40,000 nt of DNA from Microcoleus sp. FACHB-831 (GCF_014695585.1 NZ_JACJON010000010.1:90659-130658), one strand, 5' to 3'. Shown: positions 16,970-28,429, counted from the stretch's first letter. Notes: generated by a model from the letters alone, not told the origin. A program made the numbers and translations.

Positions 16970-17395
16970 ATGCAAAAATTTATCACCCAGTTACGAGTCC
17001 GCTACCACGAAATGGATGCACTCGGACACGTCAACAACGCCGTTTACCAACATTATCTAGAACAAGCCGCCGTTGAACACTCAGAACATCTCGGCTTAAC
17101 GATGGAACGCTACAAAGAATTAAACGGCGTTTTCCTAATGCGACGGATCGAGATGGAATATCTCCGTTCAGCCGTTGCGGGTGATACTCTCGAAGTTACC
17201 ACATGGCTGCAAGAAATGCGCGGCCCTCGTGCCATCCGTCGCTACGAAATCCGCAAACAAGGCGACGATCAGATATTAGTTACAGCAGAGGCGACGTGGG
17301 TTTGGGTGGATATGACTGCGATGCGTCCAAAAGCTATCCCCAAAGTGCTGATAGATGCTTTTGAGCAAGCAAATCAACCAAATTTAGCTAGCTGA
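16970..17395 (+). CDS. Acyl-CoA thioesterase, 4HBT/YbgC family
   Basis: RVRYHEMDALGHVNNAVY hot-dog-fold thioesterase signature. ATG at 16970 (MQKFITQL...). Confidence 0.85.
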   Translation: MQKFITQLRVRYHEMDALGHVNNAVYQHYLEQAAVEHSEHLGLTMERYKELNGVFLMRRIEMEYLRSAVAGDTLEVTTWLQEMRGPRAIRRYEIRKQGDDQILVTAEATWVWVDMTAMRPKAIPKVLIDAFEQANQPNLAS

Positions 17396-17650
17396 ATAAT
17401 TTTATGGTTGATAGTTGAATAGCAAAAGCTACGAAGAATGTACCAATCCGGGGAGCAGATTAGCTAAATCCATATTAAAGTTGGGGATTTTTCCCTAACT
17501 CTATATAGTATCGATTAAATTGCTTTTGATATCGCTGCTGCTAATTTTAAACTTCTGCGATCGCCAAAAGTAAAACTAGCAGTTATCTAAAAAAGCCTTT
17601 TATCAAAACTAGCGCCAATTCAGCTATAGCGTGACGTAACTAAAATTCAG

Positions 17651-17860
17651 CTACACTATTTCCACCCATTTCCGCCGCAATGCGTAAAAAAGTCTGTTAA
17701 GTAGCCGTTCTTCGTCTTCGCTGAGGGAACTTTGCAACAGTGCTGTCATTAGTGCATAGCGCTCGGAGAGGGTTATTTTTCTAGAGGTAGTTATTTCATA
17801 AAATAAGTCAGGTATTGCAGATGGCAGCAGACAGGCTTGAGGAAATTGAGAAGGTTTCAT
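17651..17860 (-). CDS. Small hypothetical protein (69 aa)
   Basis: ATG ORF in otherwise non-coding sequence. No domain recognised. Confidence 0.45.
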   Translation of the reverse strand: MKPSQFPQACLLPSAIPDLFYEITTSRKITLSERYALMTALLQSSLSEDEERLLNRLFYALRRKWVEIV

Positions 17861-18308
17861 GATTTAAAATTTGTATTCTATACCAGCAAGGTTATTGCTG
17901 CTTGAAGGAAACATAATCAACCTGCGGTTAGAAACATGACGCCTTTTATCCCCTCCTTCGGAGACAACAAAATGTTGATATTTAGTCTGCCATTTGGGGT
18001 AAACGCTCTGAGCTGTAATTGCTAGAATAGGCAGTTTTAACCGTCAATATTTTACTAAGTAGAGGGACATACTTCTTTGTAGTATAGTTATAGTTAAAAC
18101 CACCAAACCCTTGCTGTTGTTGGGTTTGGTACCTCAAACTAACTTACAATATGACTATACTAAGCAGTTTTAAAGGTGAATATTTCACTACAGCAATAGT
18201 AAATATCAATATAAAGCGCGGTCAGCAGGAGTTGGCGATCGCTACTCATAATAAGTGGGGATTTTATCCCCATTACCGCTTCGCTCAAACTCCGTTGCAG
18301 TCTTATTT

Positions 18309-19232
18309 TCAGACTGTCGCGGCTACCTTCGTGGGTGCAACCATCAGCCACTCTTCCCGGAGTTTTTGGATTGCTTGTTCTTTAAGCTTGGCTTCCACCT
18401 CAATCCAGGGAGCATCGCGATAGCAAGTTGGCATCGTTGTAATCAAATCGCTATGATGGCGATCGCCGAACTCTGCCTCGCCGTTGGAGATATGGACTAG
18501 CTGCCATTCTGGTACTGGCCAAGTCGTGCGTGCCGCTGTTAATATTTCAGCAACGCTAGGGTGTTCATAAGTATCCAAATGCTCGTGAATGACGTGGTGG
18601 TGCGCGTCAAATACCATCGGCACCTTAGCAGCGTGGCAAACCTCTAAAATCTCTTGTGCGCTGTAGGCGTATTCGTCGTTTTCTAGTGCCAGTCGAGTGC
18701 GAATTGCATCTGGTAAATCGCGAATGACGCTAATTAATCTCTCTGAGCGATCGCTCTTACCACCGTGTATCTCCATCATCGCCCAAGGCGATCGCTCTAA
18801 CCCCAATTTATCAAAAATCATCGCTTGCATTGCGAGAATTTTGATGCTGTTCTCAATCACATCAGGGTTATCTGAACTGAGGACAACAAATTGATCTGGG
18901 TGTACAACTATTCTAATTCCCAGATTTTTCGCGCGATCGCCTGTTAGCCGCAACTCTTCATTAAACTCATCCAGCACCGCCTCACCCACTGGCGTATCTG
19001 CAAAGGGAAATATCGCCGATGTGACTCTATAAAGCTTTATCTCATTATCGACACAAAAATCAAGCGCTTTATTCAGCCGTTGCAAGTTATCTTGATATAA
19101 TTGCCGCAAGAGTTGCGCTTGTTCTGCATCGTTGAATTGCAACAACCGCTTGCGGGTGAGAGCGCGATATCGCACTTGGTTCGACGCTGTGATGCATACC
19201 AAACCAAGTTCCGGTAATTTAATATTCTGCAT
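18309..19232 (-). CDS. uvsE: UV damage endonuclease
   Basis: LGLVCITAS...RYRALTRKRL N-terminus, followed by TIM-barrel metal-ligand motifs (IRIVVHPDQF, MEIHGG, LENDE, VFDAHHH) typical of UvdE/UvsE. Confidence 0.9.
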   Translation of the reverse strand: MQNIKLPELGLVCITASNQVRYRALTRKRLLQFNDAEQAQLLRQLYQDNLQRLNKALDFCVDNEIKLYRVTSAIFPFADTPVGEAVLDEFNEELRLTGDRAKNLGIRIVVHPDQFVVLSSDNPDVIENSIKILAMQAMIFDKLGLERSPWAMMEIHGGKSDRSERLISVIRDLPDAIRTRLALENDEYAYSAQEILEVCHAAKVPMVFDAHHHVIHEHLDTYEHPSVAEILTAARTTWPVPEWQLVHISNGEAEFGDRHHSDLITTMPTCYRDAPWIEVEAKLKEQAIQKLREEWLMVAPTKVAATV

Positions 19233-19542
19233 AATTTACATTTTTTACTACATTCACAGCAGATCGAGTCACGATATTTTTTATTTTTGTTCTTAACACT
19301 TATAGTTTACATCTCTCTCTAGTGTGACCAATATTCAATGTGCTAAGCCTTAAGTCATAATGCTGAAGTCTTTATACCAATTTAGTTTGAAGCCATAATT
19401 ATTCTAAAAAATTATCTTTAACTGTGTCTAAATTTTTATCTTTATCTACAAATAACGGTAATTTTATTAAATTTCTTAATTCCCATAAAAAGCTCGGATT
19501 AATTTAAAATTCTAAGCTCTAAATCGCAAAAAAATCGCCGTT

Positions 19543-19578
19543 GTAAAAATAAAAGGACAGATACTTTTGTATCTGTCC
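19543..19578 (-). terminator. Intrinsic terminator of ftsH
   Basis: Perfect 10-bp stem GGACAGATAC / GTATCTGTCC with a TTTT loop. On the minus strand it is followed by TTTTATTTTT. It lies ~68 nt after the stop. Confidence 0.8.
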
Positions 19579-19645
19579 TCTTCCTTATTTGGATAGCGGG
19601 TAGCGCCCACCCTACTTTAGATTTAATCTAAAATCCAAAATTAGA

Positions 19646-21493
19646 TTAAGCTATCGCTGCCATTCTTACATCATTATTGGCTAGCAATTCTTGCAGTTCT
19701 TCAGAGTCAACTGTCTCTTTCTCAACAAGCATTTGAGCTAATTTGTCCAAGACGTGCTTGTTATTCAACAGCACTTCTTTAGAACGGCGATAAGCTTGCT
19801 CAACTAAGCCGCGAACTTCATCATCAATTGCAGCAGCAGTTTCTTCCGAGAAATCGCGCTCCGCCATGATATCGCGACCGAGGAACATACTACCTTGCTG
19901 ACGACCTAGCGCAACGGGGCCGAGGCGATCGCTCATACCAAACCGCATCACCATCTGACGCGCCACACGCGCCACCTGTTGCAAGTCGTTAGAAGCACCA
20001 GTTGTTACCTCTTCCTCACCGAAGATGATCTCTTCAGCAATCCGACCGCCTAAAGCCACTGCCATCTGATTTTGCAAATAAGAGCGGCTGTACAGTCCAG
20101 AATCCATCCGGTCTTCGCTTGGAGTAAACCAAGTTAAACCACCAGCGCGACCGCGAGGAATGATGCTGATCTTCTGCACTGGGTCATAATCTGGCATCAA
20201 CGCACCAACCAAGGCGTGTCCAGCTTCGTGATAAGCTACCAGCGTCTTGCGCTTCTCGCTCATCACGCGATCCTTCTTCTCTGGGCCAGCCAGGACGCGA
20301 TCGATCGCATCGTTGACTTCATCCATTGAGATTTCTGTCAAGTTGCGACGTGCAGCCAAAATTGCTGCTTCGTTGAGCAAGTTTGAAAGGTCAGCACCAG
20401 TGAAGCCAGGAGTACGACGGGCAATCTTCTCTAGATCCACATCTTTCGCCAGTGTTTTACCCCTCGCGTGGACGTTAAGAATCTCAAGACGACCGCTATA
20501 GTCGGGACGATCCACGACAACTTGGCGGTCAAAGCGACCCGGACGGAGCAAGGCAGAATCCAAAACGTCTGGACGGTTGGTTGCGGCAATAATAATGATG
20601 CCCGTGTTGCCTTCAAAACCATCCATCTCGGTTAGCAACTGGTTTAGGGTTTGCTCCCGCTCATCGTTACCACCACCTAAGCCTGCACCGCGCTGACGAC
20701 CAACGGCGTCAATTTCATCGATAAATACGATACAAGGCGCATTAGCTTTTGCTTGTTCAAACAAGTCGCGCACGCGGGATGCACCGACACCCACGAACAT
20801 TTCGACGAATTCGGAACCTGAGATGGAGAAGAATGGCACGCCAGCTTCGCCAGCTACAGCACGCGCTAGCAGGGTTTTACCAGTTCCCGGAGGGCCAACT
20901 AGCAGCACGCCTTTGGGAATTTTGGCTCCAATTTCCGTGAAGCGATCGCTGTTCTTCAAAAAGTCCACAACTTCATTGAGTTCCAGTTTGGCTTGGTCAA
21001 TGCCAGCCACATCGCCAAATGTCACCTGCGTTTGCGGCTCCATTTGCACTCTGGCTTTCGACTTGCCAAAATTCATCGCTTGGCTGCCTGGGCCGCTCTG
21101 AGCGCGTCGCAGCAAGAAGAACAAGCCGACTAACAGCAGAATTGGGAAAAATAGACTGCTCAAGGCTCTGAACAAGAAACCTTCGTCGGTCGGCGGTGCA
21201 ACGGCAATGTCTATGCCTTTGGCTGTCAGGATACTGACCAGTTCTGGATCGTTAGGCAGGTTAACGACAACTTTACTGTCGCTTGGCCTATCTGGATCTG
21301 TGAACTGCGCTTTAGTGCGATCGCCGCTGAGAATGACTCTCTCGATCCTGCCTTCTTGAACTTTTTGAATGAACTCGCTGTACTTCCAGGTTGTTGGCCC
21401 CTGGCCTTGTTTTTCTAAATATGTTGTTGCTAAGGCGATGACCACTATTGCTAGCAGTGCATACAGTCCTGCGTTTCTCCACCGCTTATTCAC
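19646..21493 (-). CDS. ftsH: ATP-dependent zinc metalloprotease FtsH
   Basis: Two N-terminal TM helices. Walker A GPPGTGKT, Walker [32 protein letters not shown], zinc motif HEAGHA. Confidence 0.95.
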   Translation of the reverse strand: MNKRWRNAGLYALLAIVVIALATTYLEKQGQGPTTWKYSEFIQKVQEGRIERVILSGDRTKAQFTDPDRPSDSKVVVNLPNDPELVSILTAKGIDIAVAPPTDEGFLFRALSSLFFPILLLVGLFFLLRRAQSGPGSQAMNFGKSKARVQMEPQTQVTFGDVAGIDQAKLELNEVVDFLKNSDRFTEIGAKIPKGVLLVGPPGTGKTLLARAVAGEAGVPFFSISGSEFVEMFVGVGASRVRDLFEQAKANAPCIVFIDEIDAVGRQRGAGLGGGNDEREQTLNQLLTEMDGFEGNTGIIIIAATNRPDVLDSALLRPGRFDRQVVVDRPDYSGRLEILNVHARGKTLAKDVDLEKIARRTPGFTGADLSNLLNEAAILAARRNLTEISMDEVNDAIDRVLAGPEKKDRVMSEKRKTLVAYHEAGHALVGALMPDYDPVQKISIIPRGRAGGLTWFTPSEDRMDSGLYSRSYLQNQMAVALGGRIAEEIIFGEEEVTTGASNDLQQVARVARQMVMRFGMSDRLGPVALGRQQGSMFLGRDIMAERDFSEETAAAIDDEVRGLVEQAYRRSKEVLLNNKHVLDKLAQMLVEKETVDSEELQELLANNDVRMAAIA

Positions 21494-21630
21494 ACTAATC
21501 CTCCTAATCTTTAGGATGTTGAGACTTTGAGAGCGCTTCTTATATTAAATAATGTTAACCTTTCTCAGGATCACTTGACACAGAAGCGGTCAAAAACTCT
21601 CTATATACTGATACTAAACAACAAAACAGG

Positions 21631-22581
21631 CTAGGGTTTGCCAGCACCACCGTCCTGAAACAGGCTCCGCAGTTGCTCTAAGCTGCTGTGGAAAGGATTG
21701 TAGCTAATTGTGCCCGTCTCCTGGATGACACTAGCGATCGGAACCACTTCCACAACGCTATTTGTATACGCGATCGCCTCCAACCCCCTCACAAAGCTGG
21801 GAGTCCAAGGGTCTGCACCCACAGCTACATTCTGACTTTCCAGCCAGCCGATTAGTTGCGATCGCGCTGTTCCCGGCAAAATTCCCGCGTTTAGGGGTGG
21901 CGTCCACCACCGACCATCGCGCCAACCCCAGATATTGCCCGTGCTGCTTTCTAGCCAGTTTCCCGACGAATCTATTAAAATAGCTTCCTTTGCCCCCAAA
22001 GTCTGAGCTTTGCTCAATGCTAGCCAAGCAGACAAGTAGTTACCCGTTTTAATATCTGGTATCGAGCGCCGGAATAGATTATCTTCCGCCAGCCAAGCTG
22101 TAATCCCATCCTTCTGGCGTTCTGTTAAATCAGGTGGTAACACTCTCCCAGTTATCCACTCGCGCCCATCGGGAAATATCACTATCCTGAGAACGGGGAA
22201 GTGCGGTGTCAGCAACAAAGCACCTTGGCGGCATAGCTGCCAGTCTGGTTGCTGCCAGTTAAAGGTTTTTAAAGAAGAACGGAGGCGATCGCAGTGTGCA
22301 GTCCAGTTTGTCAGTTGACTATCTAGCGACTGCTGATACACTCGCAGTGTAGTAAAAACTGTAGCGCCGTAGAGCAATCCCGGATCGTCAACAGGCAATT
22401 CCAGCGATCGCGATTGAATCAATTTGCCGTTATACCAAAACAAATCATCACCTTTGGATGAGAAAGCCAGCTCCCATTGTGGGGTAAACCAATAGCTATA
22501 TGCAGGGTAATCTATGAGCGAGGCCAAAATAAATGCGGCCTTGCTTAATGGGAATATGAGTAACCCCCACACCCCAACCAT
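21631..22581 (-). CDS. Class IV aminotransferase family protein (aminodeoxychorismate lyase-like)
   Basis: FWYNGKLI..., GLLYGATVFTTLRV and KTGNYL motifs. The start is uncertain: the first ~46 aa look atypical, and an in-frame TTG at 22443 would give MFWYNGKL. Confidence 0.75.
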   Translation of the reverse strand: MVGVWGLLIFPLSKAAFILASLIDYPAYSYWFTPQWELAFSSKGDDLFWYNGKLIQSRSLELPVDDPGLLYGATVFTTLRVYQQSLDSQLTNWTAHCDRLRSSLKTFNWQQPDWQLCRQGALLLTPHFPVLRIVIFPDGREWITGRVLPPDLTERQKDGITAWLAEDNLFRRSIPDIKTGNYLSAWLALSKAQTLGAKEAILIDSSGNWLESSTGNIWGWRDGRWWTPPLNAGILPGTARSQLIGWLESQNVAVGADPWTPSFVRGLEAIAYTNSVVEVVPIASVIQETGTISYNPFHSSLEQLRSLFQDGGAGKP

Positions 22582-22849
22582 TCTCCCCGCGTGAGAAGGA
22601 AGCTAGAAAATCATCTTTCCTCTCCATAGAGTGACGGCGTAGGGGTAACGCGGGCGGCGAAAGTATTCCAGGGTATAGCTTTTCTTTCTTTTGCATAACA
22701 GCCTTTTGCTTTAACTTGCTTATCCCCAAAGGTATCGTGCCTTGGTTTATCGTGAGTGAGTTATGATGCATCTTCCTGTAGACAGAAGCCTGGGTAATGA
22801 ATTTTTAAGTAAAATTTACGCAAAACAAATAGCGATGTGCGGGTGTAGT

Positions 22850-23071
22850 ATGGGCAATGTAAAAGAAAAAGTGCGTCTGAGCCTAGATGTGTCGCTCGAA
22901 CTCAACCAGACCCTAGAGGATCTAGCGGAAAAAATTGGTGGAACCAAAAGCGAGGTGCTTCGTAAAGCGATCGCCCTTATGGAGGTAATGGTAGAAGCCA
23001 AACAGCAGGGTAAAAGGGTCGGGATTGCCGACAAAGATCAGCCCCTAGCGACGGAAATTGTTGGAATATAA
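22850..23071 (+). CDS. Ribbon-helix-helix (CopG-like) DNA-binding protein
   Basis: KVRLSLDVSLELNQTLEDLAEKIGGTKSEVLRKAIALM fits a beta-strand/helix/helix pattern. I prefer the ATG at 22850 to the ATG at 22763. Confidence 0.6.
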   Translation: MGNVKEKVRLSLDVSLELNQTLEDLAEKIGGTKSEVLRKAIALMEVMVEAKQQGKRVGIADKDQPLATEIVGI

Positions 23072-23159
23072 GGTTAAGGGCTGTTAGGACCCCAACACAT
23101 CAAAACGACCATTATCTGCCCGTGCAGCTAAATTACACCTTGTAAAGTCAACTTTTGCC

Positions 23160-25262
23160 ATGCCATACCAAAGCGAGGAGATACCTCCAGATTCAACAGT
23201 CAATATTCTCCTAGTTGACGACCATCCGGAAAACCTACTGGCTTTGGAAGCTATCCTTGAAGGTCTCAATCTGAATTTGGTGAAGGCAAATTCTGGGGAA
23301 CAAGCGTTGAAATGTCTGCTAAAACAGGATTTCGCGCTGATATTGCTAGACGTGCAAATGCCAGGAATGGATGGATTTGAGGCGGCTAGCCTAATTCGAC
23401 AAAGAAAGCGATCGCAGTACACCCCGATTATTTTCCTCACAGCCTTCAGTACAAGCGATGATTTAGTATTCAAAGGATATGCGCTTGGTGCAGTAGACTA
23501 CCTCTTCAAGCCGCTGAATGCAGAAATTCTGAAATCGAAAGTTGCCGTATTTGTCGAACTATTCAAAAAGACCGAAGAGGTAAAACGACAAGCCACTCAA
23601 CTCGTAGCCGTAAACGCAGAACTCAGCGAAAGAGAAGCACGGTTTCGTTCATTGAGTGCCTGTTCGCCCGTCGGCATTTTCCTCACCGACATTCAAGGTC
23701 GCTGCACGTACACTAACCCGCGTTGCGAAGCTATCTGCGGCTTTACTCAACAAGAAAGCTTAGGGATTGGTTGGTCCCAGCTAGTGAGGACGGAAAATAG
23801 CGAAAAGGTAATGGCAGAGTGGTCGAAGTGGACGCTTGAAGGTCAAGAGTACTCGCAAGAATTTTGCTTCCAAATTCCTGAAGAAACTCCTCGTTGGGTT
23901 CACATACGCATATCCCCAATGGGGGGCGATCGCGGCGAAATGAGCGGTCATGTCGGAACAATCGAAGACATCACCCAGCGCAAGCAGGCTGAGGAAGCCC
24001 GCGCCCAGGTTATCCAAGAACAGGCAGCACGACAGCAGGCACAGGAGGAAAACCGGAGGAAGGATGAATTCCTAGCAACCCTCTCCCACGAACTACGCAC
24101 GCCCCTCAACTCAATGCTAGGCTGGGCGCATCTGCTTCGGACGCGATCGTTCGATCAAGCAACTATTATTAAAGGTCTGGAAACAATTGAGCGCAACGCG
24201 AGGCTGCAAACACAGCTTGTAGAAGATCTCCTTGATGTCTCGCGGATGATTCGGGGCAATATTCAGCTCAACGTGTATCCTGTCAACCTTGCATCTTTGG
24301 TTCAAAACGGGATTGATTCGATCCGTCCGGCAGCCGAGGCTAAAGGGATTACTGTTGAAAGCTTCGTTGACGACTCTTTAGAGTTAATTCCAGCAGATCA
24401 AGCCCGCTTGCAACAAATTGTGTGGAATTTACTCTCCAATGCGATCAAGTTCACGCATTCAGCAGGAAAAGTTCAGGTACGGCTAGAGCGTGCTGGCACT
24501 TACGCCCAACTTAAAATAAGCGATACGGGCATGGGAATTCCCCTAGATGTTCTTCCCTACATTTTCGATCGTTTCCGTCAGGCTGACAGCTCAAGTACAA
24601 GGTCTTATGGCGGACTGGGGTTAGGGCTAGCGATCGTCCGACACTTAGTAGAGTTGCACGGTGGGACTGTATGTGCAGAAAGTCTAGGTGAGGAGCAAGG
24701 AGCTACATTTACAGTCCTGTTACCGCTTGTGGCTGAAGACAACAAAAATTCGCAACCGAGCGATTTGGAAGACAATTATGCAATTGCTTCAGATCAAGAA
24801 TTGCTGGCGAATGCTTCAAAGGTTGAAGGCTTGCGGGTACTGTTAGTTGAGGACGAGGCTGACACGCGCCAATTGCTTGTCAAAGTGCTTGAAGTAAGCG
24901 GTGCTGAAGTAACAGCGGTTGCATCTGTGAGCGAGGCTCTAGCATCTTTAGAACACAGCCGCCCTGATGTACTGGTGAGTGACATTGGAATGCCTATTGA
25001 AGATGGCTATGCGTTAATCCGTAAAGTGAGATCCTTGGATGGTGGATCGCAGCATACACAGATTCCAGCAGTAGCTTTGACGGCTTATGCCAGCGAGCAA
25101 GATCAAAGTCGGGCTATTTCATCTGGCTTTCAGATGCACGTTTCTAAGCCTGTCGAACCAGACGAGTTGATTTCGGCGATCGCTACTCTTGTGGGGCGCA
25201 GCGCTAATTCTTACCGCAAGCGTCGCTCTGGCACTTCTCGCAGACCTGCTTATCTTTTCTAG
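23160..25262 (+). CDS. Hybrid sensor histidine kinase (REC-PAS-HisKA-HATPase-REC)
   Basis: ILLVDDHPEN...DVQMPGMDG (REC), PAS-like segment, LSHELRTPLN (H-box), N/G boxes (NAIKFT, DTGMGI, GGLGLGLAIV), C-terminal REC (VLLVEDEAD...SDIGMPIEDG). Confidence 0.9.
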   Translation: MPYQSEEIPPDSTVNILLVDDHPENLLALEAILEGLNLNLVKANSGEQALKCLLKQDFALILLDVQMPGMDGFEAASLIRQRKRSQYTPIIFLTAFSTSDDLVFKGYALGAVDYLFKPLNAEILKSKVAVFVELFKKTEEVKRQATQLVAVNAELSEREARFRSLSACSPVGIFLTDIQGRCTYTNPRCEAICGFTQQESLGIGWSQLVRTENSEKVMAEWSKWTLEGQEYSQEFCFQIPEETPRWVHIRISPMGGDRGEMSGHVGTIEDITQRKQAEEARAQVIQEQAARQQAQEENRRKDEFLATLSHELRTPLNSMLGWAHLLRTRSFDQATIIKGLETIERNARLQTQLVEDLLDVSRMIRGNIQLNVYPVNLASLVQNGIDSIRPAAEAKGITVESFVDDSLELIPADQARLQQIVWNLLSNAIKFTHSAGKVQVRLERAGTYAQLKISDTGMGIPLDVLPYIFDRFRQADSSSTRSYGGLGLGLAIVRHLVELHGGTVCAESLGEEQGATFTVLLPLVAEDNKNSQPSDLEDNYAIASDQELLANASKVEGLRVLLVEDEADTRQLLVKVLEVSGAEVTAVASVSEALASLEHSRPDVLVSDIGMPIEDGYALIRKVRSLDGGSQHTQIPAVALTAYASEQDQSRAISSGFQMHVSKPVEPDELISAIATLVGRSANSYRKRRSGTSRRPAYLF

Positions 25263-25557
25263 CTATTGCTTAATTTGTCAACAACTTAGCCGCGTTTATT
25301 TTTTGATAACGCACTTAAAATTAGCCATTTTTTCCTAATATTATTACCTGCATAAGTAAGAAGTAAGGGCTAATATTTTGCAAAGATATAATTGCGTTCC
25401 TAAAAGACAGGTTGAAGGTATAATTTCCCTCATCCCCGGCTCTTCTGCCAGCGTGATAAGAGAGCCAGCATCTAGCGGTTCATACTTCTGTTCAGTACCA
25501 CCCTTAGAGAAGTTGTGACTATAAACCTCTGACATCTCACAAATCATAATACGGTTG

Positions 25558-27894
25558 CTAGAGGAGTCCTATGTGATTTGTGAGAGAAGCCTCACTTGCG
25601 TTAGGTTCGGCTACAGACTCTAAAACCAAATTGGCGATCGCAGAAGCTAATTTAGCTGGATCTACTGGTTTAGCTATGTGCTTCTGGAATCCTAGCGAAA
25701 GCGTATGCGTGCAATCCTCGCTCCTAGCATAGGCTGTGATCGCTATGGCTGGAATCTGCCCACCGCCCTCTGGCGGCATCGCTCTAATTTTGCGGATCAG
25801 CGTGTATCCATCCTCGTTGGGCATCCCAATATCGCTCAGCAACACATCTGGATGCACCAGTTCTAGAGCCTCAAGTGCTGCGCTAGCTGATGCAACTGCT
25901 GTTACTCTAGCGCCGTAACTCTCCAGCGCTACAGCGAGAAGATCTCGGACATCCTCCGCGTCATCCACAACCAGTAAGTGCAAACCAGCAAGCATGGGAA
26001 GATTGTCGGTTATTACTTTGTTAACAAATTGCGGAGCTAGTGGATCTGAATTGGTTGCCTTTTTGCGAACAGCTATCAGCGGCAGTTTTACCGTAAATGT
26101 TGCCCCCTGCCCTTCACCTGGGCTATCAACATATATGATTCCGCCGTGCAGTTCTACCAGGTGACGAACAATTGCCAAACCTAAACCAAGTCCGCCATGC
26201 GATCGCGTGCTTGTACTATCGGCTTGTCGAAAGCACTCGAAGACAAAAGGTAGAAAGTCAGCGCTAATACCTTTCCCCGTGTCGATCACCCTGAGCTGCG
26301 CGTAAGAATTAGGCATGGGCGTTTTTCCCCAGTTCCCCGGCTCCTCGGTTGCTTGTTCGCTATGTTCAAGCCGGATTTCCACCTTTCCACCAACAGGGGT
26401 GAACTTGATAGCGTTGGAGACGAGATTCCAGACAATTTGCTGCAACCGCTTTGAATCTCCTGCGATCGCTCCTATTGAAGGATCGAGTATCGTCTCAAGT
26501 CGAATGCTCTTAGCTTCGGCTGCTAGATGCACGGTGTCGATAGCCGCCTCAACGATCGGTATTAAGTTAACTGGGCTAATCTGCAAAGAAAGCTTACCCC
26601 GAATCATCCGCGAGACATCGAGAAGATCTTCAATTAGCTCTGCTTGTAAATTGGCGTTGCGCTCAATTGCTTCAATTGCGCGAACGGTAGTCGCCTCATT
26701 AACTTTGCGAGTGAGTAGTATTCTAGACCAGCCGAGAATGGGGTTGAGGGGCGATCGCAGCTCGTGGGATAGCATTGCCAAAAATTCATCCTTCATGCGG
26801 TTAGCCGTCTCCGCCTGTTGACGGGCAGCTTGTTCGCGAACCAACAGTTGAGCGCGTTCTTCCTCCGCTCGCTTGCGCTCCAGTTCTGCTGTAGCGCGGG
26901 TTGCAAAGATTGTCAGCAGGGATTCTGCTAGCTGCATATTCTCCAACGGCTTTCGATGCATGACCCCAAGCAATCCCACCACGCAGCCTGTAGAGTCTAG
27001 AAGCGGAGTTGCGATATAGCTTTCAACTTCCATCTGGGCAAGCAAATGATTATCGGGAAACTCCGCTATAATTCCTTGCGGATAGCAGCACAGTTTCCCC
27101 TGCTTAATCACCTGTTTGCAGGGTGTATTCAGCAATGAATACTCAATGTTGTCAATAATCTGATTGTGGGCGCATACAGCGAGAGTATTGACTTTATCTT
27201 CGTCTGTCGCAATCAGTTCCCCGATGAAAGCATAATCAACACCCAATGCCTTGGTGAGGTGTTGCACCAGCGAGTAGAAAAACGCCTCGCCTGTCGCTTG
27301 CGAAACTCCCTTTGTCACCTCAATGAGGGCGGCGTCCATCTGAGCAATTTTGCGAGCCGCCAGCCGCAACTCTAATTCATCAACTACTATAGCCGCTAGG
27401 TCGGTAAGAGTTCTTTGCTGGTCAGCACTAAGGGCATCGCGCGGCTTGGTGTCCAGAATACAGAGCGTGCCAAGATTATAGCCATCGCGGTCGATGAGTG
27501 GCGCACCCGCATAGAACCGAAGCCCCGGTTCGCTCGCCACAGAGGGCATACAAGCCACACGCGAATCGTTTCTTGTATCTGGAATGACTAAAACATAATC
27601 AGACAAAATAGCGAAGCTACAAATTGTCGATTCGCGACTGATTTCGCGGGAGTCGAAGCCATAGCACGATTTAAACCAGGCTCTGAATTCGTCAACTAAG
27701 GAAACTATAGCAATAGGTACGTCAAAAAGACGAGCTGCCAGAGCAGTGATGCGATCGAAGCTTTCTTCAGGGGGTGTATCGAGGATATTGTAGCGACGCA
27801 GTGCCTCTAGGCGCTCGGTTTCGTTAGATGGTAGGGGAGCAGCGATCACATTACCTCCAAGAGACACTCCTGGCACAGGATTTAAAGCAACCAA
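25558..27894 (-). CDS. Hybrid sensor histidine kinase (GAF-GAF-HisKA-HATPase-REC)
   Basis: Two GAF-like regions, LSHELRSPLN (H-box), NAIKFT, DTGKGI, GGLGLGLAIV, C-terminal REC (LLVVDDAED...SDIGMPNEDG). The start is a non-ATG codon (TTG at 27894). Confidence 0.9.
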   Translation of the reverse strand: MVALNPVPGVSLGGNVIAAPLPSNETERLEALRRYNILDTPPEESFDRITALAARLFDVPIAIVSLVDEFRAWFKSCYGFDSREISRESTICSFAILSDYVLVIPDTRNDSRVACMPSVASEPGLRFYAGAPLIDRDGYNLGTLCILDTKPRDALSADQQRTLTDLAAIVVDELELRLAARKIAQMDAALIEVTKGVSQATGEAFFYSLVQHLTKALGVDYAFIGELIATDEDKVNTLAVCAHNQIIDNIEYSLLNTPCKQVIKQGKLCCYPQGIIAEFPDNHLLAQMEVESYIATPLLDSTGCVVGLLGVMHRKPLENMQLAESLLTIFATRATAELERKRAEEERAQLLVREQAARQQAETANRMKDEFLAMLSHELRSPLNPILGWSRILLTRKVNEATTVRAIEAIERNANLQAELIEDLLDVSRMIRGKLSLQISPVNLIPIVEAAIDTVHLAAEAKSIRLETILDPSIGAIAGDSKRLQQIVWNLVSNAIKFTPVGGKVEIRLEHSEQATEEPGNWGKTPMPNSYAQLRVIDTGKGISADFLPFVFECFRQADSTSTRSHGGLGLGLAIVRHLVELHGGIIYVDSPGEGQGATFTVKLPLIAVRKKATNSDPLAPQFVNKVITDNLPMLAGLHLLVVDDAEDVRDLLAVALESYGARVTAVASASAALEALELVHPDVLLSDIGMPNEDGYTLIRKIRAMPPEGGGQIPAIAITAYARSEDCTHTLSLGFQKHIAKPVDPAKLASAIANLVLESVAEPNASEASLTNHIGLL

Positions 27895-28121
27895 AATATA
27901 CTTTTGTCTACCTGGGTGAGGAGCGTGTTTATATGTTTGTATATTAAATTACTGATTAACGTAACATACTGGCGGTTGGATAAGAAAGAAGCGGCGCTAT
28001 ATATGCAAAGATAGCAGTCTCATGGCGCGGTAGCGAAGCGGTATTGCTCTTAGCTAATCGCACCGCGCGTCAGGGATAAATTAATGGTGTATTTTACCAA
28101 AAACAGCGATCGCGCTGCTAT

Positions 28122-28343
28122 TTAGCCGCCAACTTCTTCAATCAACTTTTTCAGGTAAGCGCGTGCTTCTTTGGGTGAGAGTGCTACAACCTCATTTCTA
28201 CGCAGAATTTCGTACTTGTTGCTACGATAACCATGACCGATAATCAGCCCTAAACTGATGGCTCTATTGCCAAGTTCCGTTAACTCGTTGACGCTCATAG
28301 CCTCAACTTCCATATTTATTTGTTTAATCACTTCCTCATCCAT
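28122..28343 (-). CDS. Small hypothetical protein (73 aa)
   Basis: ATG ORF downstream of the ferredoxin gene on the same strand. No domain recognised. Confidence 0.5.
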   Translation of the reverse strand: MDEEVIKQINMEVEAMSVNELTELGNRAISLGLIIGHGYRSNKYEILRRNEVVALSPKEARAYLKKLIEEVGG

Positions 28344-28429
28344 GTCAGGCAGTCTCCCGGCTACTAGATTTACTTGATATAGTAATTTTTTTGCATCAAA
28401 ATAAATTTATTAGTGCTAGGGCGATCGCC

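Noticed and set aside
25344-25547. A 67-aa ORF in the gap between the convergent histidine kinase genes
   Set aside because: There is no ribosome-binding site, no recognisable domain and odd composition. The region is more likely 3' UTR/terminator space.
26315-26821. A 168-aa plus-strand ORF inside the GAF histidine kinase gene
   Set aside because: It is antisense to a well-supported kinase CDS. The translation is Ser/Arg/Ala-rich with no motifs.
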